Positions 24,982-33,061 of a DNA stretch of 45,102 nucleotides are shown piece after piece (the first letter of the stretch is position 1; every line of letters starts with the position of its first letter). The position numbers and the translations under genes were made by a program. The notes beneath the pieces are model-generated. The model made no database searches and was not told where the DNA came from. It worked only from the letters and a program-made list of their open reading frames with translations. The stretch is taken from the NCBI GenBank assembly GCA_965371305.1, contig CBDUXY010000001.1, forward strand, positions 1-45,102. The letters are read 5' to 3'. Source of the stretch: an uncultured bacterium. Lineage in GTDB: Bacteria > Desulfobacterota > GWC2-55-46 > DRQE01.

Positions 24982-26016
24982 ATGGATATTAACGGTAACG
25001 GATCCAATATGATAAGTGGAGCAAGCGACATTAAAGCGGGCATAAAAGTGCTCGTGGTTGATGACAATGTTCAGAATCTTGAACTGTTAGAGGGGTTGCT
25101 TACTGGACGCGGTTATGAGATTGAGAAGGCTTATAACGGCAAGGAGGCCCTTGAAAAGGTTAAGGCTAACCCGCCCGAGATCATACTGCTTGATATTCTT
25201 ATGCCGATTATGAATGGTTACGAGGTCTGCAAGGTGCTTAAGCAGGACAACGAAACCAAGTTTATTCCGGTAATAATGTTAACAGCCCTCGATAGTATAG
25301 AAGACAAGGTCAGGGGTATTGAGGCCGGTGCGGACGATTTCATAACGAAACCATTCCAAAGACCTGAACTGCTTGCCAGGGTAAAGTCGCTTGCCCGCGT
25401 CAAGGGGCTTATAGATGAGTTGGAAAACGCCCAGAACGTGCTCTTCTCTCTTGCCATTGCCCTTGATTATAACGACCCTTATACGCACGGACATTCTCAG
25501 AGGGTGGCGGACTTCTCGGGAAGGCTTGCCGAGTACATAGGTCTTCCTGTTGCCGAGCAGGAGCTTTTAAGGAACGCCGGGATTCTGCATGACATAGGGA
25601 AAATAGCGACTGACAAGAGTATTCTTCATAAACCGGGCGCTCTTAACGGTACTGAGTACAGACACGTTAGAGAGCACCCTGTTGTTGGCGAGAAGATTTG
25701 CGAGCCGCTTAAGTTTGCCAAACTGATGCTTCCTATTATACGCGGTCATCATGAAAAGTATGACGGCACGGGTTACCCGGACGGCCTTGTGGGAGATGAA
25801 ATCCCTATTGGCGCCAGGATAATGGCCATAGCTGACGTCTACGACGCCCTTACCTCGGTGCGGCCTTACAGAAGCGATATACCGAGCGAGGTCGCACTTG
25901 AAGTTATCAAGGCGGAGGCAGTAAAGGGGTACTGGGACAAGGAACTCCTTGCGGCCTTTAGAGGTATGCTGAGCGACAGCGGGAGTGAGCCGCACGATCA
26001 AACGCATATTACTTGA
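24982..26016 (+). CDS. Response regulator with receiver and HD-GYP domains (RpfG-type cyclic-dinucleotide phosphodiesterase)
   Basis: REC motifs (VLVVDD, ILLDILMP, DDFITKPF). HD-GYP motifs (HSQRV, LHDIGKI, HHEKYDGTGYPDGL). Confidence 0.85.
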   Translation: MDINGNGSNMISGASDIKAGIKVLVVDDNVQNLELLEGLLTGRGYEIEKAYNGKEALEKVKANPPEIILLDILMPIMNGYEVCKVLKQDNETKFIPVIMLTALDSIEDKVRGIEAGADDFITKPFQRPELLARVKSLARVKGLIDELENAQNVLFSLAIALDYNDPYTHGHSQRVADFSGRLAEYIGLPVAEQELLRNAGILHDIGKIATDKSILHKPGALNGTEYRHVREHPVVGEKICEPLKFAKLMLPIIRGHHEKYDGTGYPDGLVGDEIPIGARIMAIADVYDALTSVRPYRSDIPSEVALEVIKAEAVKGYWDKELLAAFRGMLSDSGSEPHDQTHIT

Positions 26017-26021
26017 TTCTT

Positions 26022-26052
26022 AACACTATTCTCAATTCTCAGTGTTTTTTTT
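26022..26052 (+). terminator. Probable intrinsic terminator
   Basis: 6-bp stem AACACT/AGTGTT, 13-nt loop, then T8. Confidence 0.5.
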
Positions 26053-26275
26053 AAATTCTTTTTTTCACAGCGCCCTCAAGCTGATTTACAATCCACTAAC
26101 AATAGAAAAACACCCCTTACAGCACGTCAGGTTTTCTCCTACGTAAACGTACTTATTATGTCCTATAAAAACACCAGGTATGTGAATTTAGAAAATACTG
26201 CTTTCGGTTAATTAGTCAATGATTTTAAGGGATTTATACCGAATTGCGTGGGTGGCATTTTTTATCTTTTTTCTG

Positions 26276-26304
26276 TTGACATCATTATTAAAAACTGTTA
26301 ATAT
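26276..26304 (+). promoter_or_regulatory. Candidate strong sigma70 promoter (TTGACA-N17-TAATAT) for OmcS-like gene 1
   Basis: Perfect -35 hexamer with 17-nt spacer in a very AT-rich 530-bp gap. It would give a leader of about 240 nt. Confidence 0.45.
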
Positions 26305-26547
26305 TAAAGTAATGTAAGTATAATAAAGAAGCAATACGTTTGTGTGGTTCATGGAAGTAAGGTCGATTGGTTGGACAGGGGTGAGTTAAGCGCTTGATAT
26401 TATTAAGTAAATATTTTCAAATGTAAGCCAATTGAAAGTTAATAGCGTTCACTCATCAGCATCGGCAATAAATTGCGTTAAAGCACAGACGAACTTAATA
26501 GTTTTTAATAAAATAAAAAAAAGAAAACACAACTAAGGAGGCACTTC

Positions 26548-27915
26548 ATGAAGAGATTATTGCAAATAACCCTGCTTGTCATGGCAGTTGCCGGGTTTAC
26601 CTTTCTGATGGCAACACCGTCGGAAGCGCTTCACAAGAACCCGAACAACACGCTTGTATGTGGCGGTTGTCACACCATGCACAATAGTCAGGCTAATTTA
26701 TCACTTGGAGGAAGCAATGGTACGGCCAGCAATGGTGGTGCCTTGATACTCTTAAGAGGTAATGTCACAAGCAGATCACAGATTCATAACCTGTGTTTGC
26801 AGTGTCACGGAAGTAACGGTCAGCAGTCAGTGGCTCTCTTCCCTGACGAGTTTGCCGGAGGTGACGAGCACCCGGCTCCAAAGGTATATATAGACGGCCA
26901 GGGTGGAGCAGGTAACGGTTTCGACGGCGCAACGTTCGGCAGCATCGGCGCAGGCGGGGACTTCTCCTCTGAGCTTACCGGTGATAGTGACGGATGGGCT
27001 GCTGATGATACTGACGGTACTGACGTCGGTGTTGGACAGGGACACAGTCTCGGTCTGGTCAACCCGCGTCCTCCTGGATTTGATAACGATGAAGACAGTT
27101 CGGGCGCAACAAGCCTTGACTACTTTACCTGTACGTCATGTCACGACCCGCACGGTGCGTTTAATGGCCCAACTGCACTTGCCAACCAGTTCCGTAACCT
27201 CAGGACCGTACCGACAGGTTCTCTGGAACCTGGAGACATAATACTCAACACCGCTGTCAGGAGTTATGTTGGATACGGCAGTTGTCAGGGTAACGGGGAT
27301 GACTTTGAGACCGGTATAACCAACGGTTCGGATGCAACCGCTATCTGGCCTGTATACAAACTCGGTGAGGCTACACACGTCACTGGAAATGGCTCAAGTG
27401 CATGTGACAGTGCAGGCGGAAACGTTAACTCTTACGGTGTTAGCACCGGCGCTGCAACAGACGGTATAGCCAACTGGTGTGCGGCATGTCACGATTACTG
27501 GCATGAAGGTAACGAGGCCACTAACGGCCCTGTTGCAGCAGGTCCTGGCGCTGACTGGAGAAGGCATCCTGTTGACAGGCTTCTCTATGACGGCAGCAGG
27601 CTTTCAGGCGGAGGTGTCACCATTATAGACGCTGCAAACTACTATGACACTAACCTGGTTTTAGGTGGCGGTAGGTTGCCGATTGCTTCGACTATAGCGC
27701 TTGGTTCAGACCCGATCTACTATATGGAGGTTTCTGGCACAGACGAGTTAACCAGTAAGGTTTTCTGTCTGTCCTGTCACTTCGCTCATGGCGGTCCGAA
27801 CTACGACCTTCTGAGGTGGGATTATCTCTCAGACGTCGATACTGCCACTACGCAGATACAGACAGGCAACGCCATAGCATCTAACGTTGGTTGTCAGCTC
27901 TGTCATAACAGGTAA
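26548..27915 (+). CDS. Secreted hexahaem c-type cytochrome, OmcS-like (candidate nanowire subunit), paralogue 1
   Basis: AAGGAGG lies 6 nt before the ATG. Signal ..ATPSEA. Six CXXCH in OmcS-like order with matching local motifs: CGGCHTMHNS, CLQCHGSNG, GGDF, CTSCHDPHG, CAACHDYWH, RRHPVD, CLSCHFAHGG, and C-terminal CQLCHNR. 455 aa (I recall OmcS as about 430 aa). Confidence 0.75.
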   Translation: MKRLLQITLLVMAVAGFTFLMATPSEALHKNPNNTLVCGGCHTMHNSQANLSLGGSNGTASNGGALILLRGNVTSRSQIHNLCLQCHGSNGQQSVALFPDEFAGGDEHPAPKVYIDGQGGAGNGFDGATFGSIGAGGDFSSELTGDSDGWAADDTDGTDVGVGQGHSLGLVNPRPPGFDNDEDSSGATSLDYFTCTSCHDPHGAFNGPTALANQFRNLRTVPTGSLEPGDIILNTAVRSYVGYGSCQGNGDDFETGITNGSDATAIWPVYKLGEATHVTGNGSSACDSAGGNVNSYGVSTGAATDGIANWCAACHDYWHEGNEATNGPVAAGPGADWRRHPVDRLLYDGSRLSGGGVTIIDAANYYDTNLVLGGGRLPIASTIALGSDPIYYMEVSGTDELTSKVFCLSCHFAHGGPNYDLLRWDYLSDVDTATTQIQTGNAIASNVGCQLCHNR

Positions 27916-27956
27916 TACGAGATAGTATATACATAGCATGTAGGCATAGAGAAAAA

Positions 27957-27986
27957 GGGGAAGGCATTAGCCTTCCCCTTTTTTTT
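27957..27986 (+). terminator. Strong rho-independent terminator
   Basis: 9-bp stem GGGGAAGGC/GCCTTCCCC, ATTA loop, T8 tail, with an A5 run upstream. Confidence 0.9.
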
Positions 27987-28011
27987 ATGTTTTCAGTTAC
28001 CTGGTTAATTT

Positions 28012-28020
28012 TGATATAAT
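28012..28020 (+). promoter_or_regulatory. Candidate extended -10 promoter (TGaTATAAT)
   Basis: Read directly. The -35 hexamer is weak (TTCAGT). Lies 83 nt upstream of ATG 28103. Confidence 0.35.
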
Positions 28021-28102
28021 AATAATACAACTCTTTAATTGTGTTATAAAATATGACTGCTTATTTTCTACTACTTTTAAATTCAATATAAAAAAATACG
28101 AT

Positions 28103-29788
28103 ATGAAACGTCAAAGAAAATTAAAATTCTTACAGAAAATCTTCCGATACGGATTTCTTTTCATTTTATTTTATCTTTTCTGTGCCTTTACGCCAACTGA
28201 TGCGCGCGGCGTATCAGAGCGGGCAGAGGCGTTTGTTTTTCCTGTCGGGGCAGAGTCTTTTACCAGGCTTGCCTCACTTGAAGATCAAGCCGGTCCATCT
28301 GCTTTTCAAACACCTTTAGACGCGGCAGAGCAGGAAGAAGGCGTAACGGATAAATCCGTTCCCGGGGAAGTAATCACGGATAAGCCAATTCCGGACGAGT
28401 CAGTCCGGGATGAAACGCCGGAGAAACTACCTGAGCAAGCAGAAGACGACAGTTCGTTAATTAACCAGCCGTCGTCTTCATCAACCGGGCCAGGGCCGGG
28501 CATTGACGAAGCACAGGAAGGTGACTCTGTTGAAATAGACGTAAAGGATCCTATAAGTGACAAGTCAAAAGATCCATCTGTTGAGCCTTTCGAGCTCCCA
28601 CCTCCTCCTGAAACCGAGTCGGAAGACAGTTATTACGAAGAAGGTCTTGATGAGGAGATCGGGACAGAAGAAGACCTGATAATTGACGAAGATATAACAG
28701 AGGAGATAATAGAACCTGAGCCTGACGAAGTCATACCGCAGGAGCCTGAAACTCCCAAACCGGAGTTAGAGCCTGCCAGGCAAGATGAGGGTGCGGGCGA
28801 CCCCTCGCCTCCCGTAGACGCTGAGGTAGTTGGCGACGGGGATGTTAAGGGTGGCGAAGCGGCAGAACCTGACGAAGTTGAGCCAGGCGCCGTCGACAGT
28901 GCTGAAACGGAAGAGGACGAGGAGGAGCGAAAAGGGCCGATTGATATCAGGCTTAAATATGTCTTTGGTATTAATGCAAAATTAAGCGGCAAGCAACTTT
29001 CCTGGGTTGACCAGATAGTAATTGACTCGAACAACAATGAAATCTATTTGCTTGATTCCGGCAATAAAAGGATTGTCATAACCGACAGCGAAGGTGGTTA
29101 CCTGTATCATTTTAACTTTGGAATTGCCGGCATAAAGTACCCTCTTGCCATGGACGTTGACACTGCAACCGGCGATATATATATTGCAGAGGGTAAAAGA
29201 ATAGTAGTGCTTGATTACAGAGGGAAGTTCATTAGAAACCTGGAACTCTCCAGGATTCCGAATGTAGAGAAGATAAAGATACAGTCGATGGCTTTGTTGC
29301 GCACTGAAGATGACGAGCTTAACATTTATATAGGCGACGTCCAGTATAAGCGTATTATCGTTATAAGCAGTGATGGCGAACTTGTGCGTGTTTATGAAGA
29401 CAAGTTAAAGGGTGTTGCAGTTAATATAGGGGACCTCTATGTTGATAATGACCGTATTATGTGGCTTGATGTGGCACGTTTTGCCGTCTTTCATCTAAGC
29501 AGCGATGGAAAGGAGTTCAAAGGGTTTGGCAGGGTTTCAAGCCTGTTAGGTGGCTTCAGTATGCCTTCGGATATTGCCGTAGACCTGCAGCGAGAGCGCG
29601 TGATCGTGGTTGATGGAAATAGGATGATGGTCATTATCTTTGACATGGATGGCAACGCTCTGTTTGAATTCGGAGGACCTCTTATATTTAGTTGGCCAAG
29701 GGCGGTTGCAGTGGACGAGTTTGGGCGAATCTATGTGGCTGATAACAGCGGCATTATACGCGTGTTTGAGGTAGTTATTATGGAGTAA
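28103..29788 (+). CDS. NHL-repeat beta-propeller protein with ~230-aa acidic Pro/Glu/Asp-rich linker (NHL-2)
   Basis: N-terminal TM or signal segment (FRYGFLFILFYLFCAFTPTDA). Low-complexity acidic region (..EPEPDEVIPQEPETPKPELEP..). Six NHL blades (IYLLDSGNKRIVITD .. RIYVADNSGIIRVFE). Confidence 0.8.
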   Translation: MKRQRKLKFLQKIFRYGFLFILFYLFCAFTPTDARGVSERAEAFVFPVGAESFTRLASLEDQAGPSAFQTPLDAAEQEEGVTDKSVPGEVITDKPIPDESVRDETPEKLPEQAEDDSSLINQPSSSSTGPGPGIDEAQEGDSVEIDVKDPISDKSKDPSVEPFELPPPPETESEDSYYEEGLDEEIGTEEDLIIDEDITEEIIEPEPDEVIPQEPETPKPELEPARQDEGAGDPSPPVDAEVVGDGDVKGGEAAEPDEVEPGAVDSAETEEDEEERKGPIDIRLKYVFGINAKLSGKQLSWVDQIVIDSNNNEIYLLDSGNKRIVITDSEGGYLYHFNFGIAGIKYPLAMDVDTATGDIYIAEGKRIVVLDYRGKFIRNLELSRIPNVEKIKIQSMALLRTEDDELNIYIGDVQYKRIIVISSDGELVRVYEDKLKGVAVNIGDLYVDNDRIMWLDVARFAVFHLSSDGKEFKGFGRVSSLLGGFSMPSDIAVDLQRERVIVVDGNRMMVIIFDMDGNALFEFGGPLIFSWPRAVAVDEFGRIYVADNSGIIRVFEVVIME

Positions 29789-29900
29789 CAAGCTTCTTTT
29801 ATCTGCAAAATTTACGTATGGCCGCAACTAAAGGCGCTTGCAGCCGGGTGAGAGAGAGTCCCGGAACAAGCACGGGGGAGGGGGAGAGAAGTCAACTACA

Positions 29901-30008
29901 CCTGAGTCAAGCTACGGGGTATAAAAAGGTGGTATGTTAATAAAGGCATCTGAGCCAGGCTGCGGAGCATCAAACCCACAGGGTGGGCTCTGTAGCCCGC
30001 CATGCGGG
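29901..30008 (-). repeat. REP/BIME-like intergenic repeat, copy e (inverted orientation, full mosaic)
   Basis: The reverse complement reads CCCGCATGGCGGGCTACAGAGCCCACCCTGTGGG..CTTTATTAACATACCAC..CCCCGTAGCTTGACTCAGG, which is collinear with copies d and f. It is flanked on both sides by GA/G-rich runs (GGGGGAGGGGGAGAGAAG and GAGAGAGAGGGGGGAGAAC). Confidence 0.6.
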
Positions 30009-30110
30009 TGAAGGAGAAGAGAGAGAGGGGGGAGAACAGACACCTCCTTTCTGCGCTTTTACGCGGCGCATGCGTAGTCTGTTTTCTGTTCTTACAAACA
30101 CCTCTATCGG

Positions 30111-30635
30111 TTGATTCCTATGCTTCTTGCGACAAGAGATTTTTATTCACGTTTTGAACTGGTATTTTTCCTTGTAATATTGCTTGTACTTGTTTTTGCC
30201 GTACATAGGCGAAACGTAGTATGGGCCGACGAGGTTAGTAGTTGGCGAAATGCCAGGCTTGCTTCACCCGGAAAGGTCAGGCCGATCAATAATTATGCCA
30301 ACGCCCTTAGAGACGACGCAGGGGATCCGCGTTCCGCAATAAAGGAGTACAGAGAGGCGATAAGGGTTGCCCCTCTTCAGGTGCCCCCGAGGTCCAATCT
30401 GGCTGTGGCGTATTTAATGCTTGGTATGTATGATGAGGCCGTAATTGAGCTTGAAGTGGCAGTTAGTATGATGCCGGACCATCATGTGCTTCACGGTAAT
30501 CTGGGCTATGCGTATTTGAAAAAACGGAGGTGGAAGATGGCAAAAACCGAGTTCGAGACAGCGCTCAAGCTTAAGCCCGGTTACAGACTTGCCATAGAGA
30601 ATCTAAAGTGGCTTGAGCTTGGTGGGCTTGTTTGA
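30111..30635 (+). CDS. TM-anchored TPR protein (TPR-1)
   Basis: Start is TTG 30111 or ATG 30120. One N-terminal TM helix, then the conserved RRNVVWADEVSSW..SPGKVRPINN motif and TPR repeats. Confidence 0.7.
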   Translation: MIPMLLATRDFYSRFELVFFLVILLVLVFAVHRRNVVWADEVSSWRNARLASPGKVRPINNYANALRDDAGDPRSAIKEYREAIRVAPLQVPPRSNLAVAYLMLGMYDEAVIELEVAVSMMPDHHVLHGNLGYAYLKKRRWKMAKTEFETALKLKPGYRLAIENLKWLELGGLV

Positions 30636-31405
30636 GCGCCCTTGCCACAGATACCGGTACCGGACGTCTTAACGTTCACGCCGTGGAATTTGTGTTCCTT
30701 ATCCTTGCGTTAATTGCCTGTGTTGTTGTCGGTTATATCAGGAACGGGTACTGGGCCGATGAGTTCAGCATCTGGACCGATACGGCCCTTAAATCCCCTG
30801 AAAAGGTAAGACCTCTTAACGAAGTCGGCAGACGTTATATGGACAGAGGCGAGTTCGACCTTGCGCTTGAATACCTGAGTAAAGCTTCTTCGGCAAATTA
30901 TTATTACGCCCCTGCTCACAGTAATAAGGGGGAGATTTATTATCAGCTTGGTCGTTGGAGCAGGGCGCAGGATGAGTTAGAGCTTGCAATCAAGTTCGGA
31001 CCTCCTTACGAGGACCTGCACAGGAGCCTCGGGTTTGCCTATATGAGAACCGGTCAGGTCGGTGCGGCAATAAAAGAATTTAAAAAGGCAGTTTTACTTA
31101 TGCCACGACACGAAAATTTTATAGATTCTGTAAAGCTTGCATATAATAACGAGGGTTTTTTCTATTTCGATAGGCGGGATTTTAAGAGTGCCCTTGTGCT
31201 TCATGAGCTTGCCGCCTCTCTTGACCCAGGGTACGCCAACGCCCGGTACGGCCTTGCCCTTGCTCATGAGGGGCTTGGTACGAATGAAAGGGCGCTTTAT
31301 TACTGGCGTGAATACCTGAGACTTGCGCCGCAGGAGAGCCGTGAGTGGCGTGCCCTTGCCAGGGCCCATATAGAAGAGTTATCGGCTCGCAAGGAGTCGC
31401 AATGA
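30632..31405 (+). CDS. TM-anchored TPR protein (TPR-2)
   Basis: The TTG start overlaps the upstream stop (TTGA). TM helix, then IRNGYWADEFSIW..SPEKVRPLNE and TPR repeats. Confidence 0.7.
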   Translation: MSALATDTGTGRLNVHAVEFVFLILALIACVVVGYIRNGYWADEFSIWTDTALKSPEKVRPLNEVGRRYMDRGEFDLALEYLSKASSANYYYAPAHSNKGEIYYQLGRWSRAQDELELAIKFGPPYEDLHRSLGFAYMRTGQVGAAIKEFKKAVLLMPRHENFIDSVKLAYNNEGFFYFDRRDFKSALVLHELAASLDPGYANARYGLALAHEGLGTNERALYYWREYLRLAPQESREWRALARAHIEELSARKESQ

Positions 31406-32115
31406 ACGTTTCCCTTGCCGCAAGGATAGAAGGGGTTGTGCTTTGCGCAATATGTGTTTGCGTCCTGATTATGTCGTTTGCACGTAACAGGGTTTGGGAG
31501 GAGGAGTTTACCCTGTGGATGGACGTTTCCGTTAAAAATCCGGCCTCTGTCAGGTCTTACAACAACATAGGTTCGGCTCTGATGGATAAGGCGCGTTTTG
31601 CCGAAGCAGTGCCGTATTTAATAAAGGCGGTTGCAGCCGACCCGAGGCGTCAGGTGCCGCACTTCAACCTTGCCCTCTCTTATATGCGAACTGGCAGGGT
31701 CGGGCTTGCCGAAATAGAGCTTTTAAAGACGCTTGAAGTTAGCGACGTATTAAAGAAGGGGCACTACGGTCAGGGGTCACTTTCGCAGACATATGACTTA
31801 AAGTCACACGGTAACCTCGGCAATATATTTACGTTCAAGGGGGAGTTTGAAAAGGCTCTCTATCACTTTGAAAAGGCAATTGCGCTTGCACCGGATAATG
31901 CCTCTCTTCATTACAACCTGGGGCTTGCTTACAAGAAGATGGGGCGTATGGACGAAGCAGCCGCCCGGTTCAGTACCGTGCTCAAGTTGTCTCCTGATGA
32001 CAAGGGGGCTCGCTGGAATTTGATGCAGATTCAGCGCGGTAGAGATTTGGTGGAACCTCAAAAAGGCGGGCGCAGACAACATGGGGTCCGGCAGGGGACA
32101 AACAGGCCGGAATGA
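31402..32115 (+). CDS. TM-anchored TPR protein (TPR-3)
   Basis: AAGGAG lies 5 nt before ATG 31402, with an ATGA overlap on the upstream stop. TM helix, then ARNRVWEEEFTLW..NPASVRSYNN and TPR repeats. Confidence 0.7.
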   Translation: MNVSLAARIEGVVLCAICVCVLIMSFARNRVWEEEFTLWMDVSVKNPASVRSYNNIGSALMDKARFAEAVPYLIKAVAADPRRQVPHFNLALSYMRTGRVGLAEIELLKTLEVSDVLKKGHYGQGSLSQTYDLKSHGNLGNIFTFKGEFEKALYHFEKAIALAPDNASLHYNLGLAYKKMGRMDEAAARFSTVLKLSPDDKGARWNLMQIQRGRDLVEPQKGGRRQHGVRQGTNRPE

Positions 32116-32122
32116 GCAGGAT

Positions 32123-33025
32123 ATGAAATTTTATACATATATGTTTTTAAATGTTTTTTTGGCGGCTTTTTTAGCCATGCCTTCGTTTGCAGCGCCAGAG
32201 GCGGAGTCTTCCTCTCCGTTACCTTCTCTTAGGCCAAGGTACAAGTTCTCCATAACCAGGTTCTACAAGGACGCGTTAAAGAACCCTATCGGGATTTTTA
32301 TGGATAACGCGAACGAAGAGTTTTACGTTGCGGATAGAGACCGTTCTGAGATATTTGTCTTCAACACGGACGGTTCGCCGGTCTTTAGATTTGGCGACAG
32401 AGAGACCCTCTCAGGCATAAACGACCTGGTGGTTCGTGACGACCTTATTTACATCTCGCGCGAGGGCAGGCCCTTTATAGACGTCTTGAACCTGAGAGGA
32501 GTTTTTCAAAGAAGGCTTGATCCCGGTATAGTCGATTTCAAACCCGGTAAGATGGATATTGACGAGGCCGGCAATATTTACGTAGTGAATAAAAAGCTTG
32601 GTAACTGTGTTGTCATAGACAGCAATGAGGAGTTTGTTCTTACGATTGGAGGCGGTCTGAAGTCTCTTTCAGGTGTGAGCGCCGGTGGTGGGTTTGTCTA
32701 TTTCGTGTCCCCGTTTTATGGTAGGATAATACATGTTTTTAACGATCGTGGCGAACATATAATGAACTTTGAGGGGCTTGAAGGGCAAGGTGGCACGCTT
32801 GGCCTGCCTGTCGGAATAAAAGTTGACGGGGCAGGCAATATCTGGATAGCAGACACTATTAAAGGTATTGTCATTTATGATAAAAACGGTAAGAAAACAG
32901 GCAGTTTCGGCTATTCAGGGCCGTTTTATCAAAGGCTCAAATTGCCTGTTGAGATTGACTTGAGCAACTCTGGTATGATATATTTAATAGATAAGGGTAA
33001 TAAACGTATAAGTGTGTTTAAATGA
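32123..33025 (+). CDS. Secreted NHL-repeat six-bladed beta-propeller protein (NHL-3)
   Basis: Signal MKFYTYMFLNVFLAAFLAMPSFA. Six blades (FYVADRDRSEIFVF .. MIYLIDKGNKRISVF). Confidence 0.8.
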   Translation: MKFYTYMFLNVFLAAFLAMPSFAAPEAESSSPLPSLRPRYKFSITRFYKDALKNPIGIFMDNANEEFYVADRDRSEIFVFNTDGSPVFRFGDRETLSGINDLVVRDDLIYISREGRPFIDVLNLRGVFQRRLDPGIVDFKPGKMDIDEAGNIYVVNKKLGNCVVIDSNEEFVLTIGGGLKSLSGVSAGGGFVYFVSPFYGRIIHVFNDRGEHIMNFEGLEGQGGTLGLPVGIKVDGAGNIWIADTIKGIVIYDKNGKKTGSFGYSGPFYQRLKLPVEIDLSNSGMIYLIDKGNKRISVFK

Positions 33026-33061
33026 AAAAAAAGGGCGTTAGAAGCTCTTTTGAGGTAAAAT

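Noticed and set aside
26305-26547. GEMM-I (c-di-GMP/cGAMP) riboswitch in the leader of OmcS-like gene 1, as found upstream of Geobacter EET genes.
   Set aside because: I could not find the conserved core (..GGCAAACC.. GNRA loop ..ACGCAAAGC..) by eye. This is only a visual scan; an Rfam covariance search would be decisive.
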